A stretch of DNA of 64,000 nt. Source: Octopus vulgaris (Eukaryota). The stretch covers positions 55,676,001 to 55,740,000 of the forward strand of contig OX597829.1 in the NCBI GenBank assembly GCA_951406725.2, in the 5' to 3' direction. The notes beneath the pieces were generated by a model, which made no database searches, was not told the origin of the DNA, and saw nothing but the letters and a program-made list of their open reading frames with translations. Each line of letters starts with the position of its first letter. Positions within the stretch are counted from its first letter, which is position 1. The position numbers and the translations under genes are program-made. Shown piece by piece: positions 40,985-54,999 of this stretch.

Positions 40985-41685
40985 CCAACAGCTGACAGCA
41001 CACGGTTGCGTGTGCTGCGAGAGCTAGCAATATTTGCTTCGCAATTTGCTAAATTTTCTGTTTTTGTGATCGCGTGTGTATGCTGTAGTCAGTGATTTTT
41101 GTCATGGACTGGATGTTGGAACAAAGAGCAAACGTGGAATTTTGCGATAAACTTGGAAAGTCTGCTACAGAGATATTGAGCCTGCTTCGGCAAGCTTACG
41201 GCAATGAGGCAATGGGTCGTACGCAATGTTTTGAGTAGCATGGGCACTTCAAAAACGGAAGATCGTCCTTTGGAAAACAATGAATGATCTGGAAGACCTA
41301 CCTTGACAATCACTCCTGGAACTGTGGAGAAAATTCCTCAGCTTGTACATGAGGATCGTCGGAGGATAATTAATGACGTTTTGATGCGTTTGAGAGAGAA
41401 CATTCGGAGAAAGCGACTCGGTCTGTTGAGCGTGAAGGATCTGATTCTTCGCAACGACAATGCACCCTGTCTCCAAGCTCTCCTTACTTGTGAGTCTCCC
41501 GCCAAAAAATAACATGGTATCGCTTCTGCACCTGTCCTATCCGACAGATTTAGCACTTGCGGGCTTCCATCTCCCTGCCCCAGATGAAAATATAGCTCAA
41601 AGATCGCCGTTTCAGCACCGTTGTGAAGATCCGGAGCACATCCCAAAAGTCCTCGATTTGCTTACAGAAAGTGAGTTCCAACGTG
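40985..41685 (+). mobile_element. Internally deleted mariner remnant
   Basis: EQRANVEF..KLGKSATE, KIPQLVHEDRRR, LMRLRENIRRKR, NDNAP and a PTDLALAGFHL-like motif. Confidence 0.8.
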
Positions 41686-41704
41686 TGTGTATGTGTATGT
41701 GTGC

Positions 41705-41741
<37 letters not shown>

Positions 41742-42777
41742 TCCCGCACAACCGCTTGACAACGGGTATTAGCTTGTTTACGTCTCCTGTAACTTAGCGG
41801 ATCAGCCAAAGAGTACGATAAAGCATTGCGATCGGTTAGTTCAAGTAAAATTCTACGAAGCGGTGCCCTAGCATGACCGCAGTCTAATGATTGAAATAAG
41901 TAAAAAATAAAAATGTAAGTATGAGTATGTGTCTGTATGTATATAAGTACGTATATATATTCTCTGAGTTCACTAGTACCATCTCAGGAGTACATTGTCG
42001 TTAAATTGACGATTGTGTCGGCACCACTTCTCTCTCCCATTAAAGAACTGAAATCTTTCGTTTTCTTTATCATTTCTTTTCACTTTTCTCTCTCCCGTCT
42101 CTGATACTTCCCCCAATTTCTTCGTTTATCCTGTTTCTGTCGACCATCGCATCACACTCTCTCATTTTCTGTTTTCTCCAAACCACCGAGTCTCACTCTT
42201 CTGTTCACTTCCCCCTCTTCCCATCCAGTCACACCGTCCCCTACTCACAGCTCCCTCATCTCCACAGTCAGTAGCCGTGACGATGACCTTGGGATTCCGG
42301 CTCAGCACATGACCGTCTATTTATTCGACGCAGTAAACCACGCCTTTTCTTTCGCCCATGCCACGGACTGCGTCTCATTCGCGTTCTGTTCTCTCACCAC
42401 CCTCACCCTCTCCTATATCATCCTCTGCATCTTTTACTGTCTTCAGTCCAATACTGCCATCGTCCACCTCTCCCTCTCTCACAATTTCCCTCCTTTAAGC
42501 GCGACCGCAAGCTACGCAGTATTCTTGACAATTCTTTAACACTTCATTGCCCCCTCCCCTTGTTCCTTTTCGCCCTCCCGTTTCTCCCACCCCCATTTTC
42601 CCACCAGTACTTTCCTTGCTAACACCTACACTCTCACCTGACCAACCACCACATTTTGCACGTTAGGAACTCTTTCAGTTGTTCGTTGACCAACCGGATT
42701 ATACGCTCTCCAGTGTTCCCTTTGCGATTCGATCTCCATCGGATAATCTAACGGAGGCCTCATAAGACATTTTATGT

Positions 42778-42976
42778 GTTTCTTTATTACCCACAAGGAG
42801 CTAAACATAGATGGGACAAACAAGGACAGACAAACGAATTAAGTCGATTAGATCGACCCCAGTGCGTAACTGGCACTTAATTTATCGACCCCGAAAGGAT
42901 GAAAGGCAAAGTCGACCTCGGCGGAATTTGAACACAGAACATAGCGGCTACGCGTTTCGCCCGGCGTGCTAACGGT
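42778..42976 (-). mobile_element. SINE family B
   Basis: Reverse complement of the family consensus. Confidence 0.8.
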
Positions 42977-43169
42977 TAAAGATCAGAACTTATCTGCAGC
43001 TCTTGGTGGTCCAAATCGGCTATACAATCTATGTGGGTGTCTTTTCTAAACAGTGTCTGGTTTAAAGCCACATAAGATGCCATGACGGTTCTAAGGTGCA
43101 GGTGCAGTAGGTGGTCAAACTCTGCATAAGGAGTAGACAACCACCATGTATGTATATATACATACATAA

Positions 43170-43253
<84 letters not shown>

Positions 43254-44011
43254 AAGAACTTACTGTGGACAGTTCAGATATATATAAAAAATGCATTAAG
43301 TATAGGACATCACCAACGAGTGAAAAATACGTAAATACCCAAAGAAGATAACTCGCTCGTCAGTTGTCCACTGTTTATTACTACTCCTTTCGAGCTTTTG
43401 ACGACAAAATAGGAATACTTCATAGGACAACAGCTTCCAGAAATTTTTAAAATATATAATTTGTGGAGAGTTAGGGCTTCAAATGAACAAACAACAATAG
43501 TGTGGACATACAGAGTAAACAATCGACGAATCCAGACATTAAGGGTCGTTAGGCCAAGATGAATTGTAATGGGAAACGCCTGGGAGAAATTTTGAGAGGA
43601 AACAGAACAAATAGAAGAGAAGAAAATGTCGTGAGGCTAGAGAAGCGGGAAATGACGTCCGGTTTGTTGGACGTTGCATCCAGAAAAGACAGAGGCGAGA
43701 AAAAGGGCCTATAATCACGTGTGATGAACAGGCAGAGCGGAGAGGGAACAAGGGAGACGAAGAGGGAGAAAAAAGCAAAAAGGAGTGAGGAGAAGAAAGA
43801 AGGAACGAAAGATAGTAGAGAGTGAAAGAAAGAAAGAAAGAAAGAGAAGGAGGAGAAAAATAAAATCTCGAGGATTATAGAAGGATAGAAAGAAAGAAAG
43901 AAAATAGGGTGTGGAGTCGCAGAAATTGTATATAAATGTAAGAACTTACTGTGAACAAAGGCTGTGTGGCGTTCAATTATAAATTAAAAAAATATACATT
44001 AAGTACAGGAT

Positions 44012-44055
<44 letters not shown>

Positions 44056-44528
44056 AATAAAATATATGCATATATATAAACATATATGTACGTACCTACC
44101 TCTACATGTACATATACAAGCATATATGTGTACAGGACACCAAAAGGACGTCGAACACATAGAGAGACGAAAAACATAGACACAAACCAAGGAACAAGAC
44201 AAGCAAAAAAAGGAGATACAGGACAATAAGCACAACGAAAAATCCCCTTCTTCAGTCGCTAAAGTTTCATCTACTAAACGTTTCGAAGGATAAAAGCGAG
44301 ACGTAATACTTCGAATGAAAAATTCCTTCCTGCGAAAAGCAAATCAATTAAAATTCTGAGATCTTGTCGCAGAGGGGTAAAAAAAAAAAGCAAGACGGTA
44401 ACGACAGTACAAACATATAAACAGTAAAATATATAAATATATAAACAGTGGAAAAAAAAATATATAACAGTGAGAGACGGGACAAGGAGAACAAGATAAG
44501 AAGGGCTGTTAACGCCAGACGAAAAAAG

Positions 44529-44581
<53 letters not shown>

Positions 44582-44582
<1 letters not shown>

Positions 44583-45722
44583 TAGCATTAAAGACCCGTC
44601 GTTGCCGGGTCATAGTGCTAGTGCATGTATATATGTGTATATATATGTGTACATATTACATGTACATATATATATATATACATCTACACATAAAATACAA
44701 AATACAAAGTTATATCTTGATATCGCTAGTGATAACAATACTCAAAATATATAACAGACTGGAATTGTTAGCCCGTCTCTTGTAATTTCGATCAATTGTA
44801 TCTTGTCCTCCCTCTTGTATAGAAGTGTGGCTACAATCCAGCCTACCACTACTTCTGGGGGGGGGGGGGGGGCATTTAAAATTTTTATCCGGGACGTCCT
44901 ACGTCCCAGATATAAAGGTAAAAATAAAATATTTCCACTTTGCAAGTTCGAGTCGAGTACTCTCTTGCACGCTCCGTTGACTCGAACCTTGCTTCTATTG
45001 TGGCGAATTTACCGCCTCAGGTTAGATATCTTTCATAGTCGCACCAAGACACTTTTCGAAGGTACTTTTCTTTCATGTGTTCAAATCTTTTTTTCTCTAC
45101 ATTGTATACTTCATAGACAATAGTCTTTTCTTTAATTTAATTTTTTATTATCCATCTGGACTATTCCATTTCTGCACGCTAATCTTATTTTTAATTTATT
45201 CCCATTCATGTGAAACCACTTATTCAAGTTCAAATCATTGATGCAATTTTATACCAATTGCTATTTTTACTTTTGATTTTAATTATTACTTACTACATAT
45301 AATTCAATTGTTATTATTATTTTTATTGTTAAAGTGAAAGCATCTGACATAAAATAGAGAAACGTTTTTGTTTCACTTTAACTGAAATAGTGGAGAAGAT
45401 ATGATATTGCTATGGGCTCGCTTTAGGCAAGAGGTTGAACATATTTTTGGCCTATGAAACTACATGGACCCGAAGTAAGGCATGTGTAAAATTTGAATGG
45501 AATTGGTTGTGTAGTTCTCAAGTTTTAGGGAATCGTAGTGGAGAAGATATGATATTGCTGTGGGCTCGCCCTAGGCAAAAAGTTCAACATTTTTTTGCCG
45601 ATGACACACCCCGGACCCTAAGTAAGGCATGTGTAAAATTTGAATGAAATTGGTTGTGTAGTTCTCAAGTTTTAGGGACACACACAGACAGACACACATT
45701 CTCAGTTTTATATATATAAAGA
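44582..45722 (-). mobile_element. Non-autonomous Helitron
   Basis: Minus strand starts TC(tttatatatataaaac) and ends with the gacccg..cgggtc hairpin + CTAG, between A and T. Internal 148-bp tandem duplication at 45388-45678. Confidence 0.75.
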
Positions 45723-46017
45723 TATATATGTATGTATATATGATATATTGTGAAATATAGGATTCCATTATAGAGACAATACTTTTGCGAAACGAGCGTA
45801 AGATGCTTTAAAAGCTCAATTTTAAACTATTAAATTTTAAACTCTCATATCTATTATATATTTCTACTTATACATATTTACATATATTTATATATATTTA
45901 TATTTTTAGTACAATAATTATTCTACACATGTAGTATATATCCATCTGAAGACTTTTTCTGATATTGATTTCCTGATATTATTTCACAGTATATTATATA
46001 TATTTAACTAAAGATTA

Positions 46018-46110
<93 letters not shown>

Positions 46111-46238
46111 TATGTGTGCGTGTGTGTGTGTATGTACGTATATATATATATACGTACATACACACATACACATATTGCATGTATATACTCAACCGCTAGC
46201 CACTAAAGCTTTTTTATTCTGTTTATTTTCTCGTGTTC

Positions 46239-46273
46239 CTTTCTGTTGAAGAGCTTAGGCTCGAAACGTAAAG
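46239..46273 (+). ncRNA. Minimal hammerhead-like motif with CTGTTGA core variant
   Basis: cttt CTGTTGA a gagc ttag gctc GAAAC GTA aag; related to 40882-40916. Confidence 0.45.
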
Positions 46274-47177
46274 ACTTTCTCACCTTTCCGAGCGTTGAAA
46301 TAATAAACCTGTTTGTTGTCTATACGCCTGTCTTCGTCTTTTGTTTTTTGTAAATTCCAACTATATATATATATACAAATTGAGATAGGGGTTGTAAATG
46401 CAACCCTCCATGGGATACCATATATCCAATATACTGCTAGTGAGGTACCCAACAAAGTTAATACATAAATGTTAAGAATTGCGATACAATTAATTCATTT
46501 ATTGTATTATATGGGCAAAGGTAAAATGTTTTACCACAAATTCATAATACAAAATAAGAAAATGGAGAAATACATCCAAATCAAATATCAATTACCAGAT
46601 AATACTCAATCACATACTTTATTAAACCACTACATAAGAAACTATAAGGTTAAACATAATAATGCAGGGTAAAACAGTGTACATGAAGGAGTGTATATAA
46701 AATAGTAATGTTATACAATAAGTAGAATACGTATAATAGAACATAAATATAAGTACACATAAATATAAATATAGACTATATCTTACAGCTGTTTCGGCCA
46801 TGTAGATAAGCATGTCTCATTCAACTCATATTTTTAAAATATATAATTTGTGGAGAGTTAGGGCTTCAAATGAACAAACAACAATAGTGTGGACATACAA
46901 AGTAAACAATCGACAAATCCAGACCAATGAAAAACGCTGCAAGAGAAGTGAACCTCGGTTGCGCAAGCCTATAGAAAATTTCCAAGAATGATTCTTATCA
47001 AAGTCAGTGCTTCGCCTGTATTATACCTACATTTTTCACTACATGTGCCTTGACAACGAGGCTTTAAACATCTAACGAGGAAATGTTGCCATCCGTGTTA
47101 TTTCGTAGACTTTGAATGATCTCGACAGATGCGAGTGAGGTGTATTTTTCCAGTGTAGAATTCCTTCATACTGTGAG

Positions 47178-47776
47178 GCAGTTTAAAAATTCTGTGATTT
47201 GGTGTGTTGAGTTTGGAGATTATAGGTCAAACTAGGTTATACTATTTGTGAGTCACACACACACACACAGACCAGAGAAGAAAATGGAATTCACGAGATC
47301 CTTTATTCAAAATATAACTACAATCGTTTCGACTCATTCCGCATGCTGTACAATTTCACCATAGGCGCAGGTTTCGGCAGTGTGAAACAGGTGGAAATAG
47401 CGTGGCTGTGTGGTTAGACGCTTGCTTCCAAACCACATATATATGAAGGGTTCCTTTCGGTTTCCGTCTAATAAATATATATATATATATATATGAAGGG
47501 TTTCTTTCAGTTTCCGTCTAATAAATCCGCTCACAACGGTTTGGTCGGCTTGAAGCTATAGTAAGAGACACTTGCCCAAGGTGCCACGCAGTGGGACTGA
47601 ATCCAGAACCATGTGGTTGGGAAGCAAGCGTCTAACCACACAGCCATGCTATTTCCACCTGTTTCACACTGCCGAAACCTGCGCCTATGATGCAATTGTA
47701 CAGCGTGCAGAATGAGTCGAAACGATTGTAGTTATATTTTGAATAAAGGATCTCGTGAATTCCATTTTCTTCTCTG

Positions 47777-47814
<38 letters not shown>

Positions 47815-47889
47815 TTCACAAATAGTATAACCTAGTTTGACCTATAGTCTCCAAACTCAACACACCAAATCACAGAATTTTTAAACTGC
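47178..47889. repeat. Fold-back inverted duplication (47178-47438 / 47611-47889) around a family A SINE fragment
   Basis: Arms are close reverse complements. Confidence 0.9.
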
Positions 47890-48071
47890 TTGACAATATT
47901 GTGAAAAAGTATATGGTTATGGACAATATGTCCAATTTCGGCATATTTGGCATTAGAAATTTTTTCGTTTGCCCTTATTTATAAATTGTTTATGAATTTA
48001 ACCTTTAAAGGTATTTTTTTAATATGCTAGCCATTGATAAATTTTTTTCGAAAAAAATTTTATCCTACATT

Positions 48072-48129
<58 letters not shown>

Positions 48130-48521
48130 ATATCTCTGTGTGTGTATTAGTCCCCCACAACCTTTTGACAACCGGTGTTGGTGTATTTACGTCCCCGTAA
48201 AAAAGAGACCACAGCAAAATAGACCAATAGTATAAGTATCTGGTTGAAAATAAAGCCCTGGGACTAAAAGTCTTTCAAGGTGGTGCTCCAGCACGGACGC
48301 AATCAATTGAAAAAGTAATAGGTAAAGACAAATGATAAGAGTTAGATGCAGATTGCGTCTCTCCAGGCAACTTTTTAAATAAGAACCTCTCTTCTTACCC
48401 GCTGTTTCGCTTAATTCTATAACAACAATTCTCTCACTCAAAATCCCTGGACGAGTTTCACACAGCATTGCACAAGGTTTCTACCCGAATTTATAATGTT
48501 CACTACATATATATATATATA

Positions 48522-49007
48522 CTAGCAGTATCGCCCGGCGTTGCTCGGGTTTGTAAGGGAAATAACTATATAAGCATTTTTAGAGAGTTACTTCCCTTAT
48601 AAATTCGGGCTTTCTTAGCCATTTTTTGTTTTGGTGTCTTCAAGCCATGAAGTCGTTGTTCTAAAAGAACGCTGGTTTCCTTCACAACGCATTACGACGT
48701 TGATTTCTTTACACTCCCTTCCCCACAGCTTCAGGAGGGAAGGTGGAGAAGCAAATAGGTGCAGCTGTGAGCGTGGACGCCAACTCCGCCGCCATCGACA
48801 CACGAAAAATTATGCATTAAAATGGAATAAAAAATGATGTTAAATTATTTTTAAAATCGTAGACTCATCGTTGACGCGCGCTAATAGCCAGACGCGCTCG
48901 ATATTAATCACGACTATAAGATACCCGAATTTGGTTAAACTGCACCGCAAAATGTGGGAGGAGTTAGGAATCTAAATCGAAGGGGGACAGACACTCACAC
49001 TACTAGA

Positions 49008-49015
<8 letters not shown>
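48522..49015 (-). mobile_element. Non-autonomous Helitron-like element
   Basis: Minus-strand 3' end cccgagcaacgccggg hairpin + CTAG; the 5' end merges into (TA)n. Confidence 0.7.
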
Positions 49016-49059
<44 letters not shown>

Positions 49060-49276
49060 GATGTATATACGAAGTGCATACACACTCTGTGTAAACGACA
49101 TTGCTAATAAGGAAGAGTGGGAGACAGAAAGGGGGAGAGGAGAGGAGGAGAGGCGGAAGGAAACAGGAGAGAGCACAAGTTTATACATACATATCATACA
49201 TACATACGTATTTATCCACACACACACACACACACACATATATGTATGTATGTGTATATATATATGTGTGTATATA

Positions 49277-49319
<43 letters not shown>

Positions 49320-49449
49320 GTATGTGTGTGTGTGTGTATGCATGTATGAATGTATGTATGTATGTATGTATGTGTGTATGTATGTAATCACACATATACA
49401 CAAGAGTGCAAATAATAGAGACTGTCAGGTGGGGGAAATAGTGAGACAG

Positions 49450-49496
<47 letters not shown>

Positions 49497-50044
49497 GAAA
49501 GAGAGAAAGAGAGAAAGAGAGTGAGAAAGAACACAAGTTTTCACATGCATAATTTCATGCACTCATGAACGCAACTTCGACACTCACCTTAATTAGATGA
49601 ACACGTTCAAACCGGCATGTATACGCATTATAAGATATACACACAAGCAACACATAGTGTCATATACGTTTTGACAGGAAATATAAATTCACACACACAC
49701 ACAAACACACGCACACACACATACACACATACACTCACTCACTCACTCACTCACTCACTAAGTCACTAACTAACTCTCTCTTTCTCTCTCTCACACACAA
49801 ACATACGCACCTCCTCACACACATATCCACACAAACAGGTTCATACACTGAACCACGTAATTGCGTGCTTGTATGTATATTTATATACACAGAATAATAC
49901 TTAGTCACAGAGTCACTTAGATACACGGATACATATAGAGTCCTGTGTGTGTATATACGCGTGTGCGTCGGTATGTATGTGTGCTTGTGTGTGTGTGTGT
50001 GTGCGTGTGTGTGCGCGAGTAGGTATGTATATGCATATAATCAC

Positions 50045-52190
50045 ACTTGTAGAAGAGGTTCCGCGAAGATACCATGTTCCTAGCCTGATCAATGACCTCA
50101 TTCTGAATTATTATTGTAACTTCCGGATGAAAGTTACTTTTGGATCAATAGAATGTGAGAGGTATAGGTTAGAGGAAGGAATTATAACTGATTGTATCAT
50201 TTCGATCATCGTTATTGCCCTCGACATAATTACAATTATCAAATCAGCTGAGGTGGAGTGTCAAGAGACTCCAGAAAAAGACTGGCGTGCAAAAACTTAG
50301 GAAGTTCTCATGGAAAGAGGTGGGCATTAAACCATTAAAGTCGAAGTCCCTTGTATTGAAGAGAGGGGAAAAGCAATGGAAAAGCTTAGCTTTACCATAT
50401 CCAGCAGCTTGGGAACACTCTTTGGTAGCAGCCTGAAGGAAATGGTTGCCATCCGCAAGACCAGCAGAGATCTTGAGACCTGGATTACGAAGGTTAACAA
50501 ATCTGGGTTGTCGCATACTAACATGCTCTGAGTTTTGTAGCCCCTATTTCTTTACTACCCACAAGGGAATAAACACAGAGAGGACAAACAAGGATAGACA
50601 AACGGATTAAGTCGATTATATCGACCCCAGTGCGTAACTGGTACTTATTTAATCGACCCCGAAAGGATGAAAGACAAAGTCGACCTCGACGGAATTTGAA
50701 CTCAGAACATAACGGCAGACGAAATGCCTGTTTCTTTACTATCCGCAAGTGGCTAAACACAGAGGGGACAAACAAGGACAGACAAACGAATTAAGTCGAT
50801 TACATCGACCCCAGTGCGTAACTGGTACTTTATTTATCGACCCCGAAAGGATGAAATGCAAAGTCGACCTCCGCGGAATTTGAACTCACAACGTAGCGGC
50901 AGACGAAATGCTGCTGGGCATATCGCCCGGCGTGCTAACGATTCTGCCAGCTCGCCGCCTGAGTTTTGTATCCCCTGTTATTATATGACGTCGGTATGTC
51001 AACTGTGCGAGCTTTCAAGATCAACAGCTTTCTGAGACGCCTCGGCTCGCTATGGAGCCTAATCAATTTTCATCTGTATTAATCCATTAACGCACTACGG
51101 CTTCCCTTCATTAATCTTTCGGAAGAAATTGTGATGGCACAAATAAAATTACGCAGGTACAGAGACTTGGGCGATGCTAAAGAAGCAGCAGCTTGCATCG
51201 AAATTACTACAGACAGAATCATGTGTTGCCAGAGAATCGCAGCTAGCTAAGCAACGATTGAGAGAGAAGGTTGCTGGGCCCTTGACAAAAGGGCCTTCAG
51301 AATTGGACTACTTTCCAACTGCCACACCAGTAATGCCAAAAGAGCGATATCTCCTTCAAAAAGAGGTTGGTTAAAATGTTGAGGAAACGTGTGTTATTAG
51401 CATGGGGAGTCACAGGCAAAAATATGCCTTGAAAAGGTGGCTCAACATACGGCAACGGAAGATCACTTTGTCGAGTCTCTGGTGGGAGGATATATCACGT
51501 ATCAGAATTCTTAATCAAGGCTTCTTAAAAGTTTGATAAGTCTTAACATAAGAGGATCCTTCTTGTTCTCTGTGTGCTGGAACGGAGTGTCGTAAAGCAT
51601 CCTCGGCAGATTCCCCAAAGCCTTTGGCGACGGATGCTTCCACTGGTGATATGATGTCAATATATCACAGCTCAAAGCTGTTGCTCAAATGGTCGCAACA
51701 TTCATTCATTTCAGTGTACACCATATAGGAAGAAAATCACATTTCATGAAGTGGAATAGAAACCACTTTTTTTCACCGAAGCCTCAGCGATCGAACATAC
51801 TGCATTCAATAGTCCAAGACTAGCAACTGAGAGTGAAATCTCAGCGTAGTTCGTTAAGCACATCATGATGTGCTTAACATCATAATGTTAAGTACATCAT
51901 ACTAACTACACTGACAGCCATCTCAGATTAAACATAGCAGGTAAATGTAGAAAGAACTAACGAAGGAAGAGGCTCGCGAAAAAATATTTTGCCAAATACT
52001 AGAAGTATGTAAAGTAGTGTAGAAGCTAAGGTTGGCGGTTGAAATAGGTTAGCGGGGCTTTGTAGGGCAATCGCTCTGCAAAGCTCTGGCTGGATGTCAC
52101 TGGTCTAGCAAAGATTTGAGCTATACTTTAGATTAGCGAAACTGCAGAAAAAAGCTTTTAGATGGATTTGAATACAAGTAGAGCCGTGCT
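50045..52190 (+). mobile_element. Heavily decayed Hero/NeSL-like RLE LINE, interrupted by two family B SINEs
   Basis: RRYHVPSLINDLILNYY..FRM, TWITKVNKSGL, PSCSLC knuckle and downstream RLE-like remnants; many stops. Confidence 0.55.
50546..50958 (-). mobile_element. Two head-to-tail family B SINEs within one target-site duplication
   Basis: TSD ctgagttttgta.cccct at 50528-50545 and 50959-50976. Confidence 0.8.
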
Positions 52191-52216
52191 TTTTAGCTAG
52201 GATGCAAACTTAACAC

Positions 52217-52324
<108 letters not shown>

Positions 52325-53009
52325 ATAAATATACTTACGCATACACATGCATATATATTTGTAAAAACAGAATATTATATTCCCTGTTATATTAAAACAC
52401 GACCATGTTCAATAAAGGAACGAACAAAATCTTTACTGAAAAATGATTAAACTTCAACGTGTTATCAATAATCACGCGCGCGCAAACACACACATACATA
52501 CGTATATGCATACATACATAAAATTATACGCACAAACACACAGATGCATGTACATAGGTAAATAAGACATTGACGAAAACCACAAGGAACATCTCAACTA
52601 ATCAAACCGACGCACTAATTTACTAATAGTAAATCTACCGCTAGTCAGAAGTTAGTTGGGGGTAATAATCAATGTCTTTGCGAATTAAATATTCAGACAG
52701 AATCGATCTCGAATAGGAAGAATACATTATTTACATATGACGGATATTTGTCCTCATCTTGTTTGTTGTTAACACACCGTTTCCATTATTGGATGACATA
52801 AAACAAGGAAATCTGTACTACCTTTCTCAGGCCGTGATATTCTCTTCATCACCATATTTATACACACACACACACACGCACACACACACATCACACACGC
52901 GCGTGCGAATGCACACACACACATCACACACGCGCGTGCGAATGCACACACACACATACACGCACACGCACGCATATATGCATATATATTGTATATATGA
53001 CGATTGCCA

Positions 53010-54095
53010 CTTCTTTGAAGAAGAAGGCCATGAGATCTTATATGACTAGCAAGCCCTACTCTTGACCAACAAACTCTACTGCAGATCTTACAAATATTTC
53101 TAAGCAGAAAAGGGTCTGCGATCCTAGTTAAATCCTGTCTATGAAGCGCTCGTTTCAAGAAAGATTGTTCAATTCTTCGAGCTTGAAACGCTTTACATGT
53201 ATTGTAGATCATTTGTTTCCAAACCGATCGATCTTGCGTCATCTGCTTCCAGTCTTCAACTTTCACATTAAGAGCCTTAAGGTTTCTTTTGACAGCATTC
53301 CCCAAAACGTTTCTTAGGTTTATGTCTCGGACGTTTGCCACACTGCAACTCCCCGTAAAACAACTGCTTTGGTAACCTGTCATCCTGTATCCTTGCAAGG
53401 TGCCCAACCCAACGCATCTGATTACGTATGAGGATCATTTCAATACTGGGTGTATTAGCTTGCTGAAGAATAATGGCGTCTGGTTTTAAAGACTTCCATT
53501 TGATGTCTAGTATCTTCCTTAGACAAGTCTGATGGAATCTTTCTAAAGCCTTTTTGTGATGCCAATATGTCATCCAGGTCTCAAAAGAGTAGAGGAGGAC
53601 TATTAAAATGCAAGATTCATAGATACCAAGCTTGGTTTCGAAGGTGATGCCTCTATCAGATCACACACAATTTCCAAGCCTTCCAAATGCTTTGCTGGCT
53701 TTTTCAATTCTGAGGTTTATTTCAGAATCAAGGGAGTCATCTCTAGGAAGTGCTGCTAAGGTAGATGAACTAGTCAACCAGATCTAATCTTGTACCCTGG
53801 ACAAAGATATTAGGTTCCATACAGAGTCGGCCTGGTGGCTGAGAAAACATGGTCTTTATTTTCTTTAGACTGATGGTAAGTCCAAAAGCAATACAAGCTC
53901 TAGAGAAGAGATCCAATATAGCCTGCATGTCCTTCTCGGTGTGAGCAACAAGAACTACATCATCCGCATAAAAGAGCTCTCGAACAAGGGCCTGGAATGC
54001 CTTTGACTTTGCATTAAGGCGTTTAACATCAAAGACCTTACCTGTAGTTGTTAAGCGAATATAGACGCCGATATCACAGTCTTGGAAAGCGTGCA
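53010..54095 (-). mobile_element. RTE (BovB-like) LINE, 3' half, decayed
   Basis: RELFYADDVVL...FGLTISLKK, LERFHQTCLRKIL..KW, RWVGHLARIQDDRLPKQLFYGEL, C2H2-like C-terminus. Confidence 0.85.
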
Positions 54096-54999
54096 AGATA
54101 GTTACAACAAAATATATGGAAAAAAAATACGGAAAAAATACACACACATATATATTATATATATACAATATATGTATGTGTATATCAGGTAAAAAAACAA
54201 CAAACGGAAGTCGTCAAAATATAACATGAAGGAAAAAGACGACAGCATATCAACGGCGAACAGGACAAAACAAGATACACGGATCATTCGCAGGCAATTG
54301 CTTCTTCAGTCGGAGTCTGGAATGTCCACGTAGTTTCGCCTAATCCTCTCCGATACTACTAGAAACCAGTTGGGCCAAGGGCTTAAGCTGAAGGCAATTA
54401 GGCTCTTGAACAAGGCAAACGAATGTACATATGCAAACACAAGGAAATAAACAGAAATTGTCTTTCGACTATCGGACGAACGTAACATATGAACGTAACA
54501 TATACAATGGACAAAAGCCTTTCAGCTATACAAAAAATAAATAAATAAAATTAAATAAATCAAAACAAACAGAGTCTTTCGACTATCAGACTCGAGCAAG
54601 GAAAAAGGAAATGGAAAAATCTTAACTGACCGGGTGGCGAGACAGAACAGAATAGATGCGACTGACCTGAAAGGCAGTCCGCCGAAAAAGAACGACAATG
54701 TATAAACCGGACAGCGATCACGTGGTAGAGCAGGGGAAGAGTTGAAAAAGGCAGAGGGACTAAGGAATAGGTGAGAGGGGAAGAAATCAGAGGGACCAGA
54801 TATATATGTGTGTGTGTGTGTGTGTGTGTCTGTATGTATGTTTGCGCGCGCATTGATTACGTGGCAGTTTCTATTGAACTCTACAAGGTCTTTTGTGCTG
54901 CCGGAGCTGCGTAGCTGAGAGCAGAGAAACTAATTCTTCATAGTGTAGAATGCTTCCCTACATTCACACGTCGTTGAACCAGTTATGTAACCTTATTTG

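Noticed and set aside
44270-44340. Hammerhead-like gaagg...ccttc GAAAC GTT on the minus strand (also about 54280-54312)
   Set aside because: The CUGANGA or GAAA core is too degraded to call.
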